Of a stretch of DNA of 64,000 nucleotides, positions 29,309 to 40,315 are shown in pieces (the stretch's first letter is position 1; every line of letters starts with the position of its first letter). Below the pieces are notes generated by a model. It did no database searches and was not told the origin of the DNA. It saw only the letters and a program-made list of their open reading frames with translations. Where the stretch lies: positions 3,340 to 67,339 of the forward strand of contig CAZCSM010000004.1 of assembly GCA_964501355.1 (NCBI GenBank), in the 5' to 3' direction. This DNA is from an uncultured Candidatus Saccharibacteria bacterium. Lineage in GTDB: Bacteria; Patescibacteriota; Dojkabacteria; CAZCSM01. The translations under genes were made by a program, and so were the position numbers.

Positions 29309-31448
29309 CGATGTCAATTTCTATTATTCTGAAACCATCAAGTATATACAACCTATTGTTTGCGACGTCAACTGCAACTTCTTTCAAATCGTTAAAGAAA
29401 CGTTCTTCTCCCTCTTGAACAGCAAACTGTTTCTCCATCTTGAAAAGAACAGAACCACCTTCCGGTTGTTTAAGTAAAACAACCCTTCTTCCAGCTCTAT
29501 CTAATATAATTGCATACGAGTAGGCAAACAAATCGAATTTTCCTGTGTCGGTTAACTCGCCAACTTCATCGCTAATTTCAATATTATCTTCAAATCGCAT
29601 GAAATTCCCACCATCTCCTAATGTATATATTACATGAGTAATTTCGATATCTTCAGCATTTGAAAACAGAGGATCCTCAGCTCGGACCTGTGGATATGAA
29701 AATCCTGAACCGACGGGAGAAGACTTTTTTACTTTGCTTTCACTTGAGACAAGAAAATATAAAGAACCGTCATTTTCATAAACCGCAATTTCGGTGACAT
29801 CACCAAGAGTTGTTGGATTTAGTCCCGTAACTGAACTCAAGGTATATGAACCGTCATCTCCTTTTTTCGCAGAAAACAAGCCCTCTTCCGCATCGTAAAT
29901 GTATAGAGTATCATCAATTGCCTCCAAATATGCGGGTTTGCTTAATCCATCTGCTCTACCAAAAACGGCTGTTGCAGTTCCATCTGAAGGAGACACACGA
30001 TAAACAACACTAGAATTTGAATCGGACACCCATAAGTTATTGTCAAAAAGTATCAAATCATCAAGTTCTGCGTTTTCATACTCAATCTTTAAATCCGCTA
30101 TAACATTTGGATCCGCAAGCCTGACCCTTTTCTCTATCTGATCAACAATAACTTTTGCTTCAATAGCTAATTGATTAGCGCTGTTATTCTCGACTTCAAA
30201 ACCGGAAAGCTTTTCTGCATCAGTGATTACTCCCAATAGCATATTTCGAGATTCACCAGCATTATACGAAGCCATCGATGTCGCCTCCGATAATGTATTC
30301 TCGATTCGGGAATACTCGGCGGTATAATGTTCCTGAAGTTCGCGTGTAGCATTTTCCGATTTAATCCACCGCACACTTAAAAACAGTCCTACTCCAAAAA
30401 GAATAATACAAACTATCAACAGAATTCTTCGGAACTTTAACCTTTGAGTACTTTCAGTTTTATATTTTGATCTACCGCCGAAACCTACAATCGTCTCGAA
30501 AACCCAAGACCCTACAGAACCAAGTATACGAACAAATTTTGATAATGCTTTTTTTAGAAAAGGAAGAACACTTGTCCGGAAAATTGTAGAAGCATTTGAT
30601 AAAGCAGACTTAAATCGAGATTCTTCCCCGATCATAGGAACCCCCGAATCCTCACCCACCTCTTCTAACTCATATTGAAAATCTTCGTCAACAACCATTT
30701 CCTTCAAATCATCTTCCGGCAAATCAACGTTCTCTTCTTCAGCGACATCGACTGTAGACATGTCCTCCTCCTCCGTAATAACCTCTCCACTCTCTTCTTT
30801 ATCATCATCCTCAGATTCCTCTTGCTCGGGGACACTGATACCTTCTTCAATATCATCAACAGCATTAGCAAACTCCTCGACAGAAACCTTATCGCCTATA
30901 ACCATAGAGAAGTTCTCTAGAATTTGATTAGCAGAAGTTTCAAAACCCGCAGGAAAGTATAAGACGGAATTAGGAGACAATAGAAATAAGTCAGCACCAC
31001 CTACTTTTCCACTAATGACCTTTATAGATGCATCTTCCACCAGCGAAGAAAAGTTCAATATCTTCTCCCCTCTCCCCATATAACAGCCGGATTTCCCTAA
31101 CAAACCGATGTAGACATTTTCCCCCAGGAAAAGCAAAATACACACTCTAACGGAGAGACTATCATCATACTCTGCACCTTCTGAAGTGAAAACTGTCTTG
31201 CTGGAATCTTTGAGTTGATGCAATATTGAATCTAAGAGCTTAATTCTATCATCCTCAACTGAATTCATGACAAGATCCAAGGCAGATTGAGAGAGATATT
31301 TCCCTATCTTTTCCAGATCTAATTTATCATTATCTAGGTGGATGACACCGAAGACCCCTCCTCCACTCCATGTTTTGGAAAATGGGATGGAACGCTGATT
31401 TGCAAGACCATCTTTGAGTTCAAAGACTTGGCTTTTCAGATTTAACAT
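29301..31448 (-). CDS. Bitopic membrane protein: degenerate PP2C-like N-domain, acidic linker, beta-propeller-like C-domain
   Basis: Central TM; repeated beta-strand motifs (LWVSDS, LYIYD, LYILD). Confidence 0.65.
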   Translation of the reverse strand: MLNLKSQVFELKDGLANQRSIPFSKTWSGGGVFGVIHLDNDKLDLEKIGKYLSQSALDLVMNSVEDDRIKLLDSILHQLKDSSKTVFTSEGAEYDDSLSVRVCILLFLGENVYIGLLGKSGCYMGRGEKILNFSSLVEDASIKVISGKVGGADLFLLSPNSVLYFPAGFETSANQILENFSMVIGDKVSVEEFANAVDDIEEGISVPEQEESEDDDKEESGEVITEEEDMSTVDVAEEENVDLPEDDLKEMVVDEDFQYELEEVGEDSGVPMIGEESRFKSALSNASTIFRTSVLPFLKKALSKFVRILGSVGSWVFETIVGFGGRSKYKTESTQRLKFRRILLIVCIILFGVGLFLSVRWIKSENATRELQEHYTAEYSRIENTLSEATSMASYNAGESRNMLLGVITDAEKLSGFEVENNSANQLAIEAKVIVDQIEKRVRLADPNVIADLKIEYENAELDDLILFDNNLWVSDSNSSVVYRVSPSDGTATAVFGRADGLSKPAYLEAIDDTLYIYDAEEGLFSAKKGDDGSYTLSSVTGLNPTTLGDVTEIAVYENDGSLYFLVSSESKVKKSSPVGSGFSYPQVRAEDPLFSNAEDIEITHVIYTLGDGGNFMRFEDNIEISDEVGELTDTGKFDLFAYSYAIILDRAGRRVVLLKQPEGGSVLFKMEKQFAVQEGEERFFNDLKEVAVDVANNRLYILDGFRIIEIDIDE

Positions 31449-31457
31449 TGGCAGTTA

Positions 31458-31673
31458 TTAAATTAGAAAGAATACAATTACCGATCCAGCTGCAACAACT
31501 GCAAAATGCAGTATTGCTAATAATTTTAGCAGAACACTTAGGTTCGTACCAAGAATTTTACACAAAATTACGACTTGCCGATAGACTAAAAATGCTAAAA
31601 CGGTGTAACCAAACCCTACGACAGCGACTATTGCTTTTGCTATTATTGTCCCAATAAACGTAGTTTCCAACAT
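31458..31673 (-). CDS. Small membrane protein
   Basis: 71 aa, two TM; GAGGGG RBS upstream. Confidence 0.7.
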   Translation of the reverse strand: MLETTFIGTIIAKAIVAVVGFGYTVLAFLVYRQVVILCKILGTNLSVLLKLLAILHFAVVAAGSVIVFFLI

Positions 31674-31739
31674 CCCCTCTAAGGATTAAAATAAGTTTTT
31701 ATCAAACAAACAACTGCAAGAAAGAAATAATTTCATGAT

Positions 31740-32348
31740 TTATTTCTCTTTCTTCAACAATGCAGCCAAATCCATTATCTTATCTTGAACATATCCTGGC
31801 TTTGGAACATTATCAAATCGGAATTCTGCAGTCTCAGCAGCCGTTTGAATTTTCACGGTACCGAAATCAAAAAGATTTTGCCAAAGTCCAAAGTGACCAG
31901 ACGAAACATCCTCAATATTCGAAAGAGAAGCTTCACTGATTTTGTGGTTTAACAAGCCGTAGAAATCCAAGTCCAAAATTCTATCACTCGTAATAATATA
32001 TACATTAAAGTACCATTTTAAAAACTGCATTAATGTATACGTCGAAAGAACAATGTACCAGCCCACCCAAGCACATACTAAGTATGAGAAAGGGAATAGA
32101 TCAGAATCAGTTGGCAAAGTACTAAGAACAGCGACAATAACAAAGGGAATTACGAGTCCAATTAATAAGTTGAAAACCCAGGGTAAATTGACTGCCCAGT
32201 GTTGACGAAGAAGAATGTACACGTCCTCATCGTCATTCTGACTTTCAAATCGCACACTTTTCGGAAGTAGCATCATCGAAGCAAAGGCACCAACACTGTC
32301 TTTCTCTAACAGACAGCGCATTTTTTCCTTTGTATTTTTTCTTGCCAT
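31740..32348 (-). CDS. Membrane protein with bacterial PH (bPH_2-like) domain
   Basis: Two TM then YIITSDRI...FDFGTVKIQTA. Confidence 0.8.
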   Translation of the reverse strand: MARKNTKEKMRCLLEKDSVGAFASMMLLPKSVRFESQNDDEDVYILLRQHWAVNLPWVFNLLIGLVIPFVIVAVLSTLPTDSDLFPFSYLVCAWVGWYIVLSTYTLMQFLKWYFNVYIITSDRILDLDFYGLLNHKISEASLSNIEDVSSGHFGLWQNLFDFGTVKIQTAAETAEFRFDNVPKPGYVQDKIMDLAALLKKEK

Positions 32349-32408
32349 TATCTTTTGCTATAAAATACCATCTGAAAATATTATACCACAACTATTACAT
32401 TATAATGC

Positions 32409-34286
32409 CTAACTCGCAATAAAATCAAAGCGAGAAGTTTTAATATGCAAGGTCCCAGGAGATCTTAAGTAATAAACATTCTTGAAGCCCTGTGCTGCAA
32501 ACTCTCTAACAGGATAATTTGCACTTTTAACAATAATCGTCGTTGTATCACCAGAATTGTTTTCATATGTTAGAACTTCGGATATTGTTCCAATCGGTGT
32601 AACACCCAATTCTATCAGTTTATCAATTACCTGTTGATGCGACCACGTGTCGTCATATCCATAATACAAAGGTGACAAGTGAACATTATATTCCTCACCG
32701 GAAACTTCCATAAGTAACATGATGTTGAATAGGTCCTGGGTTTCTTCATTTGTTAACCAAGGATTACAATCACTTGGATAACTAGCAAATTGCGTACAGT
32801 GCTTTGTATTCCAATCATCATTCTTCGCTCCCCAGAATCTGTGGTAAAAAGGAGATTTTGCGTAAGCGCTCCCTTCATAAGGACCGTTTGGACCATAATC
32901 TTTTATAGACTTCATCCAAGGCAGGTTCTGTGCATAATACCCGGATTCAATTCCAAGTTTGGTATACCCACCGGCTGAGGCTGAATAGTATGCGGAGATT
33001 GGACTTCCGCCGGAAGACAGAACCATTCCAGAAGTATCGAGAACCGCTTGATGCCAAATCGATGCCGAGGAATTTTCAACCTTATCCATGTTATAAACCT
33101 GATTGCTTTGGTTCGGCTGAATAGATTTTGTTCCATTATTTGTAAAGGCAATTGCGTATGAACGAGCAAGAATCGCCTGTGCCTTTTGAACCTCTGCTGG
33201 CCAGCTGGAAGGAACTTCCGCTATACCTTTCATATATTTCCCCTCAAATGACATCACTTCATCAACATATCTCCCCTGCTCGTCAGTTCCTTGTACATGG
33301 ATAGTATCCATAGAAGCATATCCGCCAACTAAATCTGCATTGAAATATGCACCTAAAATCTGTTCATAGTTTTGACCGTCTAGAGCCCTACCATAAGCGC
33401 CATACTGACTCATACCAACTCGATGGGGAACTCCGTAGCTAGCTACTGCGAAAGCTCCTGAATACGGAGAAGCGGGCATGTTATATACATTACTTGACTC
33501 AAGAAGTCGTTGGGCGGCAGCTTCAGCTGCCAACTTCGCTTGAATTAACGCTTTCTGTTTTTCCGTTAACGCACCAATATTACTTTCAATAGTACTCATT
33601 TGCTGTCCTAAAGATTGCTGCTTATTCTGCTCTGAGGAAATGCGACTATTTGCACCTGCAATCTGCGCATTTAATTTCTCAATTTCAGAATCAAGATCGG
33701 TATTAACGGCTACCAGTTCATCTTTTAGAAAAACAATCTGCTCTAGATTGGTTTGGAGATTTTCAAGCTGTGAATTTAAGGAAACCAACGTTTCATGATC
33801 GACCTCAATAGCAGATTCCTTATACTCCCAAATCCGCATTAAGCGATTAAAATCACTAACGTTCATCAGGAACTCAAACACTGGAAATTTGTATTGGTAA
33901 TACAAGCTCTGAACTCTTGTATTCTTTTGATCAAGCCTGCTATTTACTAAATCAGAGGTTGAAGAGATCTCACCGTTGAGACTTTCTATACTCTTTTCAT
34001 TTTCTTCTATCTTTGCCCTAATTGCGTTTACCTCAGTTTTCACGCCATTTAATTGCCAGTACAGCGTACCTTTGTTATTTTCTAAATCCTTGAGGTATTG
34101 CTTGCTTGATTCTAAATCATTTTTAATTTTCTCTAATTCCTGATTTTGTGCATTAATCTCTTTTTGGACATCTTCAATCTCATCAGCAAAAACACTTTTG
34201 TCATTCAGTAATAGAGAAGCACCAACGACAAAAGTAAGTACAACTGCAATAATGGATAAAGTTTGTTTTCGTAATTTAACAGCCAT
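32409..34286 (-). CDS. SpoIID/LytB-domain protein with long coiled coil
   Basis: Signal peptide, coiled coil, HRVGMSQYGAYG, EVPSSWP..QKAQAILARSY. Confidence 0.85.
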   Translation of the reverse strand: MAVKLRKQTLSIIAVVLTFVVGASLLLNDKSVFADEIEDVQKEINAQNQELEKIKNDLESSKQYLKDLENNKGTLYWQLNGVKTEVNAIRAKIEENEKSIESLNGEISSTSDLVNSRLDQKNTRVQSLYYQYKFPVFEFLMNVSDFNRLMRIWEYKESAIEVDHETLVSLNSQLENLQTNLEQIVFLKDELVAVNTDLDSEIEKLNAQIAGANSRISSEQNKQQSLGQQMSTIESNIGALTEKQKALIQAKLAAEAAAQRLLESSNVYNMPASPYSGAFAVASYGVPHRVGMSQYGAYGRALDGQNYEQILGAYFNADLVGGYASMDTIHVQGTDEQGRYVDEVMSFEGKYMKGIAEVPSSWPAEVQKAQAILARSYAIAFTNNGTKSIQPNQSNQVYNMDKVENSSASIWHQAVLDTSGMVLSSGGSPISAYYSASAGGYTKLGIESGYYAQNLPWMKSIKDYGPNGPYEGSAYAKSPFYHRFWGAKNDDWNTKHCTQFASYPSDCNPWLTNEETQDLFNIMLLMEVSGEEYNVHLSPLYYGYDDTWSHQQVIDKLIELGVTPIGTISEVLTYENNSGDTTTIIVKSANYPVREFAAQGFKNVYYLRSPGTLHIKTSRFDFIAS

Positions 34287-36410
34287 TTACAAATTTATTA
34301 AATTACCCCAAGGATTGTAGTCTTTATGGCAAGTTAGCATGACCACTTGATATTTACTAGAAACTTTCTGCAGAACATCCTTCACGCCCTGCAATCTGGC
34401 TTCATCAAAAGTGACAAAAGCATCATCAACTATTAATGGAGGAGAAGCATCCTTGCAAATAACGGAAAGAATCGCTAAACGAATAACGAAATAGATCTGA
34501 TCAATCGTTCCTTGTGACAAGTATACATCAGGAACTAGCCAATCGTTCTTCTCCTTTGAGAATACCATAAACTGGAAGTCCGGAGTAATCTTTACCTCAG
34601 AATATTTACCATCAGTAAGTTGAGGTAAATAATCCTTTGCATACTCGGAAATTATTGAGCCACTTTGCTTTAAAACCTCTACTCTCGCCTTCTCTATATT
34701 CTCTTGAACCAATTTAAGAATTTTTGATTTCTTCTTGTAATAGTCAAGCTGTTTCCGAACATCATAGATTTCCTCTTCAACCAGATTTAAATCATCTGAG
34801 GTAAATCGAGAAGATTCTTTTTCAACCTTAGCTTTCATTAACGATTCTTTAAGTTGAGATTGCTGTAACTTCAATTCTTCTAACCTACGACTTTGTGAGA
34901 ATTTCTGCATAGGATCTATTCTGCTTGCAACAACTTCATCCGTTAATTTATTTTGCTCAATATCCTTCTTCTCGCTTAAGTATCCAACCTGTTCCTCCTT
35001 CAAGCTACTTATATCTGATGTACCGGAAAGAGCTTTCAGACCAGCCTCATATCCTGCAACTTCAGAGTCAAGAAGATTAATACGCGAGTTTAGAGACATT
35101 AACTCACTCTCCGTTGAAATATTTAGCTTTTCAAAAAGCATCTCCTTCTCCCTTTCAAGATGGGATATACTGTCAGATAACGCTTCAATCTTATCTTCCA
35201 AACCGACCTGTGAAGAGAAAAGATCTTCTCCGAAGAATTTGCCGAAGTATGAATAAATTCCAATACCAATGACTACGCCGATAAACAGAGGAATTAAATT
35301 AAACTGGGTAATAACAAAAGCGATTAGTGTTACAACCGTAAGAATTAAGATGGCGTTCTTCGCAAGACGCTTATTTCGACTTTGTAAGTTCAAAATGCTT
35401 TCCTTTTTCTCTTGCAGCTGAATTTCTATCATCTTCTTTTCGTCAATCTTATCCTTTGTTAGGGTCTTCAATTCAAGAAGACGATTTTCAACATCTTTTA
35501 TGTTTACATCAACCTTTATATCAGCACGTTCCTTTTTAATAAGTTCAAGCTTCGCATCCAATCTCTCAATTTCTCGAATCCTTTTTTCTGATTCAGAAAT
35601 TAAACCATCTAGCTCCTTTAATCGTTTATATGACTTTTCTCTTATTTCATCGTTTTTGAATAATGATTCTAATTTTAGAATCTCTTCTTCTACCTTTTTT
35701 AAATCTTCCTCGGATCCGCCCTTCTCCTTTGTAGAAGTCGAAACTTTTGATACAGCTTCCCGTATTTCGGAAGCCTTGGCTTGTAGTTCCTGGAACCTAT
35801 CAGACAGACCTTTTATCGTTCCTGGGTATTTCACTGGACGATCTATTCCTCTATCCAAATCACCAATCTCTTTCGTCAGTTCTGCTAGCACAGAACCCGT
35901 TTCAACACGCGCGCTCCCTAACAAACTAGAATCTATTGCTTCACGAAGACTTTTAATTGGCTGCTTTTCTTTTGAATTCCCAACTCGTGCAATATCATTT
36001 TGAGCAATTAGAGATGTGAGTATGAAGACCTGCTCACTGCCAATTCCTGTATGTTCTTTTATTAAAGCAGATATTCCTGCAAAATCATTTGCTAAAATCT
36101 TTCCGGAATTTAATTCTTTCAATACCTGAGAACTGTTTTGGAAGTCCTTTTCTAATACAAAATCCTCGCCTTCATTTGAATATTCTAGACGAATAAACGG
36201 AGAAGTATTACCTCCCCAGGGAGAAATCTTATCCAACAGCTTTGAACTCTTTGTATTTGCATCAAAGTAAAGAACAGTTAGTAGCGCTATTAAAACGGTT
36301 GATTTCCCCTGCTCGTTCTTGCCATAAATAACATTCAACCCCTCTTGGAAATCTACAGTTTTCTCGCTAAATCTTCTGAAGTTCTTTAGAATTAATCGTT
36401 TTATCCTCAT
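34287..36410 (-). CDS. Rad50/SbcC-like (YhaN-type) SMC ATPase
   Basis: GKNEQGKST, coiled coils with central hydrophobic segment, LSQGT, VDDAF. Confidence 0.88.
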   Translation of the reverse strand: MRIKRLILKNFRRFSEKTVDFQEGLNVIYGKNEQGKSTVLIALLTVLYFDANTKSSKLLDKISPWGGNTSPFIRLEYSNEGEDFVLEKDFQNSSQVLKELNSGKILANDFAGISALIKEHTGIGSEQVFILTSLIAQNDIARVGNSKEKQPIKSLREAIDSSLLGSARVETGSVLAELTKEIGDLDRGIDRPVKYPGTIKGLSDRFQELQAKASEIREAVSKVSTSTKEKGGSEEDLKKVEEEILKLESLFKNDEIREKSYKRLKELDGLISESEKRIREIERLDAKLELIKKERADIKVDVNIKDVENRLLELKTLTKDKIDEKKMIEIQLQEKKESILNLQSRNKRLAKNAILILTVVTLIAFVITQFNLIPLFIGVVIGIGIYSYFGKFFGEDLFSSQVGLEDKIEALSDSISHLEREKEMLFEKLNISTESELMSLNSRINLLDSEVAGYEAGLKALSGTSDISSLKEEQVGYLSEKKDIEQNKLTDEVVASRIDPMQKFSQSRRLEELKLQQSQLKESLMKAKVEKESSRFTSDDLNLVEEEIYDVRKQLDYYKKKSKILKLVQENIEKARVEVLKQSGSIISEYAKDYLPQLTDGKYSEVKITPDFQFMVFSKEKNDWLVPDVYLSQGTIDQIYFVIRLAILSVICKDASPPLIVDDAFVTFDEARLQGVKDVLQKVSSKYQVVMLTCHKDYNPWGNLINL

Positions 36411-37519
36411 AAGATGTTCTTCCCCTCAAGTAGAGAAACTCCGAATTTCAAAACTTCCGATTTATCCTTCTCGTCTATTTCAGAATCCTTTACGACCTTT
36501 ATGAATCTTCCGATTAAGTAATCATCAGGATATTTATTTTCATCATATGAATCAGCAGAAAGCGAGGTCTTATCTACCAAATTAACATAGAAGAATTCAC
36601 CCTCAATTGATTCCAAAAACTTTATAGAATCGAATCCCACAATGTTTTGCCAGAAACCGGTCAACTCGAGATTCAACACAGCATTTTTATCAGAAACTGC
36701 CAAAACATTATTTGTTAAATCATTTACGGAAGGAATGCTTCCAACATCAATCATCAAATCCTTAATGTATCGCTTTCCTATTTTAATAGTTTCAACTTTT
36801 ACATCATCGCCATCTACTTCAACAGAAAGAACATTGCCGGAACCATTTTGATCCAAAGCAACAAGCTCAGGGGAACCGCAATAATATGCCTTAACTCCAC
36901 CGGAAGAGACATCTAAAGTGTTATGCCAATGTGCAAGAGCAATATAATTCATTCCTGACTCAGAAACTTCATCGGAAGTAATCGGATAATCATCAGGACT
37001 AGATTTACCTTCTATCTGCAGGGAACCATGTGCAAGGGCAATGTGATACCGGTGTGTTTCAACTTTCTCAAAATCAGTAATTGGAGACTGTGTTGATTTA
37101 TTTGTTAGATTAGGCTTTGCATAAAAGACAGTATCGAGTTCAGAAATCGAGAATGAGCCTTCTGAAGGATTCGTAAAGACATGGACCCTATCACCGCAAT
37201 CACTGAAATTATCAACACTGAAAACAGATCCGGATTCTAGCCTATCATGAGTTCCGGGAACAATTATCGTGTATATCCCGGAATCGTTTAGTTTTTTCAA
37301 TAATCGTTTTACGAAAGAAATTGAATATTCAGAAGGATTGGTTGTGTCAAATAAATCACCAGCAATCAATACTGCATCGACTTTCTTTTCAATAGCAAGA
37401 TCTACAACACTGGATAAAGTGTCTTTAATTTGATTGCGCTGGGATTTTCCCTTCTCCCCTAGCTTTACGAATTTGGCACCAATGTGGACATCTCCAGTAT
37501 GAATAAATCGAAGAGACAT
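36407..37519 (-). CDS. Mre11/SbcD-like nuclease
   Basis: HTGDVH, AGDLFD, PGTHD, ALAHWH metallophosphoesterase motifs. Confidence 0.9.
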   Translation of the reverse strand: MSLRFIHTGDVHIGAKFVKLGEKGKSQRNQIKDTLSSVVDLAIEKKVDAVLIAGDLFDTTNPSEYSISFVKRLLKKLNDSGIYTIIVPGTHDRLESGSVFSVDNFSDCGDRVHVFTNPSEGSFSISELDTVFYAKPNLTNKSTQSPITDFEKVETHRYHIALAHGSLQIEGKSSPDDYPITSDEVSESGMNYIALAHWHNTLDVSSGGVKAYYCGSPELVALDQNGSGNVLSVEVDGDDVKVETIKIGKRYIKDLMIDVGSIPSVNDLTNNVLAVSDKNAVLNLELTGFWQNIVGFDSIKFLESIEGEFFYVNLVDKTSLSADSYDENKYPDDYLIGRFIKVVKDSEIDEKDKSEVLKFGVSLLEGKNIL

Positions 37520-37687
37520 AAATTCAATTTACAAAGATTTTAGTTATTAATTATCCTAGCACAGATGACCAGGAAGTTACAGTAGCAATTAGTTAATAGC
37601 CAGTAATGAATAACTTCAACATTTCTAAACATATACTCACATCTAAAAGCTACTTACTAGTAACTAATCACCGCGCATCTTTTTCTC

Positions 37688-37745
37688 TTGACAAATTTTT
37701 ACTAAATTTGATATATTTCTAGCAGAGACGGTCCCCGAGTGCTAA
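37688..37745 (+). promoter_or_regulatory. Promoter and CIRCE (HrcA operator) for hsp20
   Basis: TTGACA at 37688; CTAGCAGAG-N9-GAGTGCTAA at 37719-37745. Confidence 0.75.
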
Positions 37746-37811
37746 ATTGGTTTTTAAGGAAAAGTTAATACTTACGGACTAAACTCTAATTTATTTTAGT
37801 TTTATTTCAAT

Positions 37812-38234
37812 ATGAACAGAATTCACTTCTGGCAACCGATGTCACCTTTCTGGTCAGATGATTGGGATGAAAAGTTTGGAAGTAATTGGGACCTATCATT
37901 TGAAGACAATGAACTAGATATGTACGAAACAGATAATCTGGTCGTAGTCGAAGTTAAATGCGCCGGATTTAAACCGGAAGATTTAGAGGTTACGCTCGAG
38001 GATAAAGTTCTTTCAATTAAAGGTGAAGTCAAAGAAGAAGTTGAGGAAAAGGAAGAAAAGAAACAATATTATAGAAAGGAGATTAAAAGAAAATCATTTG
38101 CCAGATCCGTCACCTTACCAGTAACAGTAAGACCAGAAGACATCCAAACGGAATTTACAAACGGAATGCTCAAACTAACGATGCAAAAAGTTGAAGAGGA
38201 AAAGCCGAAACAGATTAGAATAAATGTAAAATAA
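37812..38234 (+). CDS. Hsp20/alpha-crystallin small heat-shock protein
   Basis: DMYET...AGF..EDL, FARSVTLP, NGMLKL. Confidence 0.93.
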   Translation: MNRIHFWQPMSPFWSDDWDEKFGSNWDLSFEDNELDMYETDNLVVVEVKCAGFKPEDLEVTLEDKVLSIKGEVKEEVEEKEEKKQYYRKEIKRKSFARSVTLPVTVRPEDIQTEFTNGMLKLTMQKVEEEKPKQIRINVK

Positions 38235-38314
38235 CTTTCTCGTTTTATGAAATTTATGAAAAAGGACGCCCTAAAATGGGAGTCCTTTTAATTATCAACT
38301 CAAAAAATCGCAAG

Positions 38315-39088
38315 TTAATTTGGAACTCGACAGGCCCGATTCCCCGTTGGTAATACATAACATTCAGTCTCACCTGCATCATACCCCATTGACGGGCAAA
38401 CCCAATTGTAGCAAGGATCTGCAATGCACTCATGTGTAGCTTCTTTACAATACTCTCCCTCAACACAGGCGGGATCACATGCCTCCGGGGTCGGAGATGG
38501 TGTAAATGCAGGCTCACAGTAATTGAGAACACCATCTTGAACACAAGTTTCGTTTGGTGTACAACAAACATTCCCACAGGTAACAAGGTTGTCATCTTCA
38601 CAGGTTCTTTCCCCAGGAGTGAAAGAATTATCGTCCCCATCAGAATCAGAGTACGAAGAACCTGTATATTTATAGTCTTCTATACAAAAGTCTACCCTCA
38701 TGACTCCTTCATCACTAATCCACTTGAAAGTTCCCGATCCTAATATAATCATCTGTAACGTTCCAATTATGGCAATTGCGGACAAACCAACAATCAAACC
38801 AATCACACCATAAGTTAAAGTCTGTTGAGACTGCTGAACTTTTTGAGGCTCAGCACCCGCAGTTGCCCATAGAAAAGCTCCATACATCAATATTGCCAGC
38901 CCTCCTAGAGGAAATACAGCAACAACCATATTGAATACGGACATTATTACCGAAGTTAATTCACAAATCTTCGGAGCGGTTATAGTCGAAGGCGCAGCGA
39001 ATGCTGGCATAACAAATGGAAGAACCAGCAGATAAAAGGAAAGAAAGAAAGGAAATAGAAATTTTATTCGCTTCCAATTAATTTTCAT
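38315..39088 (-). CDS. VirB2/TrbC-like pilin with Cys-rich C-terminal extension
   Basis: YGAFLWATAGAEPQKVQQSQQTLTYGVIG core. Confidence 0.75.
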   Translation of the reverse strand: MKINWKRIKFLFPFFLSFYLLVLPFVMPAFAAPSTITAPKICELTSVIMSVFNMVVAVFPLGGLAILMYGAFLWATAGAEPQKVQQSQQTLTYGVIGLIVGLSAIAIIGTLQMIILGSGTFKWISDEGVMRVDFCIEDYKYTGSSYSDSDGDDNSFTPGERTCEDDNLVTCGNVCCTPNETCVQDGVLNYCEPAFTPSPTPEACDPACVEGEYCKEATHECIADPCYNWVCPSMGYDAGETECYVLPTGNRACRVPN

Positions 39089-39252
39089 GTGATGTTTGTT
39101 TCAAATATGCATCAATATGATACCAAAGATTTCAAGAATTACAAAGAAAGATATCGAACATCTCTTTTCATGAAACATCCTACAAAACAAATTCCCGTAG
39201 AATCAAAAACAAAAATGGCGCCGAAGCGCCATTTATTTTCGAAATGAAACAA

Positions 39253-39648
39253 CTATGGTGTAGGAAGTAAAGAACCGTCCTCTCCCAATCTATCTAATTC
39301 GCTTACTCCGAATCCAACTCCGAATAGATATAGCACAACTCGAAGAATAGTGTATGCCAAGATTACAATTGCAAGACCTATTATTGCAGATATAATTTGC
39401 TTTTGAGCTTCCTCTGTCTTTCCAGGATCTCCCGCTGAAGTAACATATTTAATACCAGCATAAATCAAATAGCCTAATGCAATGAGTCCCGCAAGAATTG
39501 CTGCCCAATTTACAAAGGTATTGATAACCTTATCTAACTGAGTTGCAAATTCACTATCATCCTGAGCAAACACAGGTGCTGCAACAAGAGATAACGAGAA
39601 GGCTGCTAATGTTGCACTCTTTAAAACTTTCTTCATAGGATCTTTCAC
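39253..39648 (-). CDS. VirB2/TrbC-like pilin
   Basis: Signal peptide; YAGIKYVTSAGDPGKTEEAQKQIISAIIG. Confidence 0.8.
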   Translation of the reverse strand: MKDPMKKVLKSATLAAFSLSLVAAPVFAQDDSEFATQLDKVINTFVNWAAILAGLIALGYLIYAGIKYVTSAGDPGKTEEAQKQIISAIIGLAIVILAYTILRVVLYLFGVGFGVSELDRLGEDGSLLPTP

Positions 39649-39711
39649 CCCCTTAATTAATAGTTAAATTATACAGTATAATTTTGAAAAAACAAACATT
39701 TTCTAAATTAC

Positions 39712-40293
39712 CTACTCACATGTCAATCGAGAAACTGTCACATTGTAGGTGCAGGCACCAGATTGACATTCCGGTCCAGTTGTACAATCTTCTCCCCGAG
39801 TTTTTTTTGCAACTGTTTCTGTTTCCTGAGCAGAAACAGTAGGGCCGCCGACACACTTATTGCTCACGCCAAACAACCACATGACTAATCCCGCAACTGA
39901 CCACGCAAGGATGACAATTGCAAAACCAATCATTGCATTAATAATAGTTTTTTGCCCCTGCTCCATCTTCCCGGGATCTCCTGATGAAATCATATAGGTA
40001 ACACCACCATATATCAAATACCCCAACAAACCCAATCCTGCAAGAATCCCTGCCCAGTTAACAAATGTTTTAGCAATAGACCAAGGAATACATTTTGATT
40101 TTGTAACATCGTCTACATCAATTTCGCCTGCTAATCCAAAAGAGAACATGGAGACAATTTCATCCCAAAGAGACGAAATTGAGTCAACTCCATCACCTTC
40201 AGCAGCATGGACAGAAACCGGAGCAGAAAATACACAAACAAAAGCTACGGAGATGACTACTGTTGCAATAATTGTTTTAATAAACTTGTTCAT
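39712..40293 (-). CDS. VirB2/TrbC-like pilin with Cys-rich tail
   Basis: YGGVTYMISSGDPGKMEQGQKTIINAMIG. Confidence 0.8.
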   Translation of the reverse strand: MNKFIKTIIATVVISVAFVCVFSAPVSVHAAEGDGVDSISSLWDEIVSMFSFGLAGEIDVDDVTKSKCIPWSIAKTFVNWAGILAGLGLLGYLIYGGVTYMISSGDPGKMEQGQKTIINAMIGFAIVILAWSVAGLVMWLFGVSNKCVGGPTVSAQETETVAKKTRGEDCTTGPECQSGACTYNVTVSRLTCE

Positions 40294-40315
40294 TAATTAC
40301 TTAAAAAAATTAAGA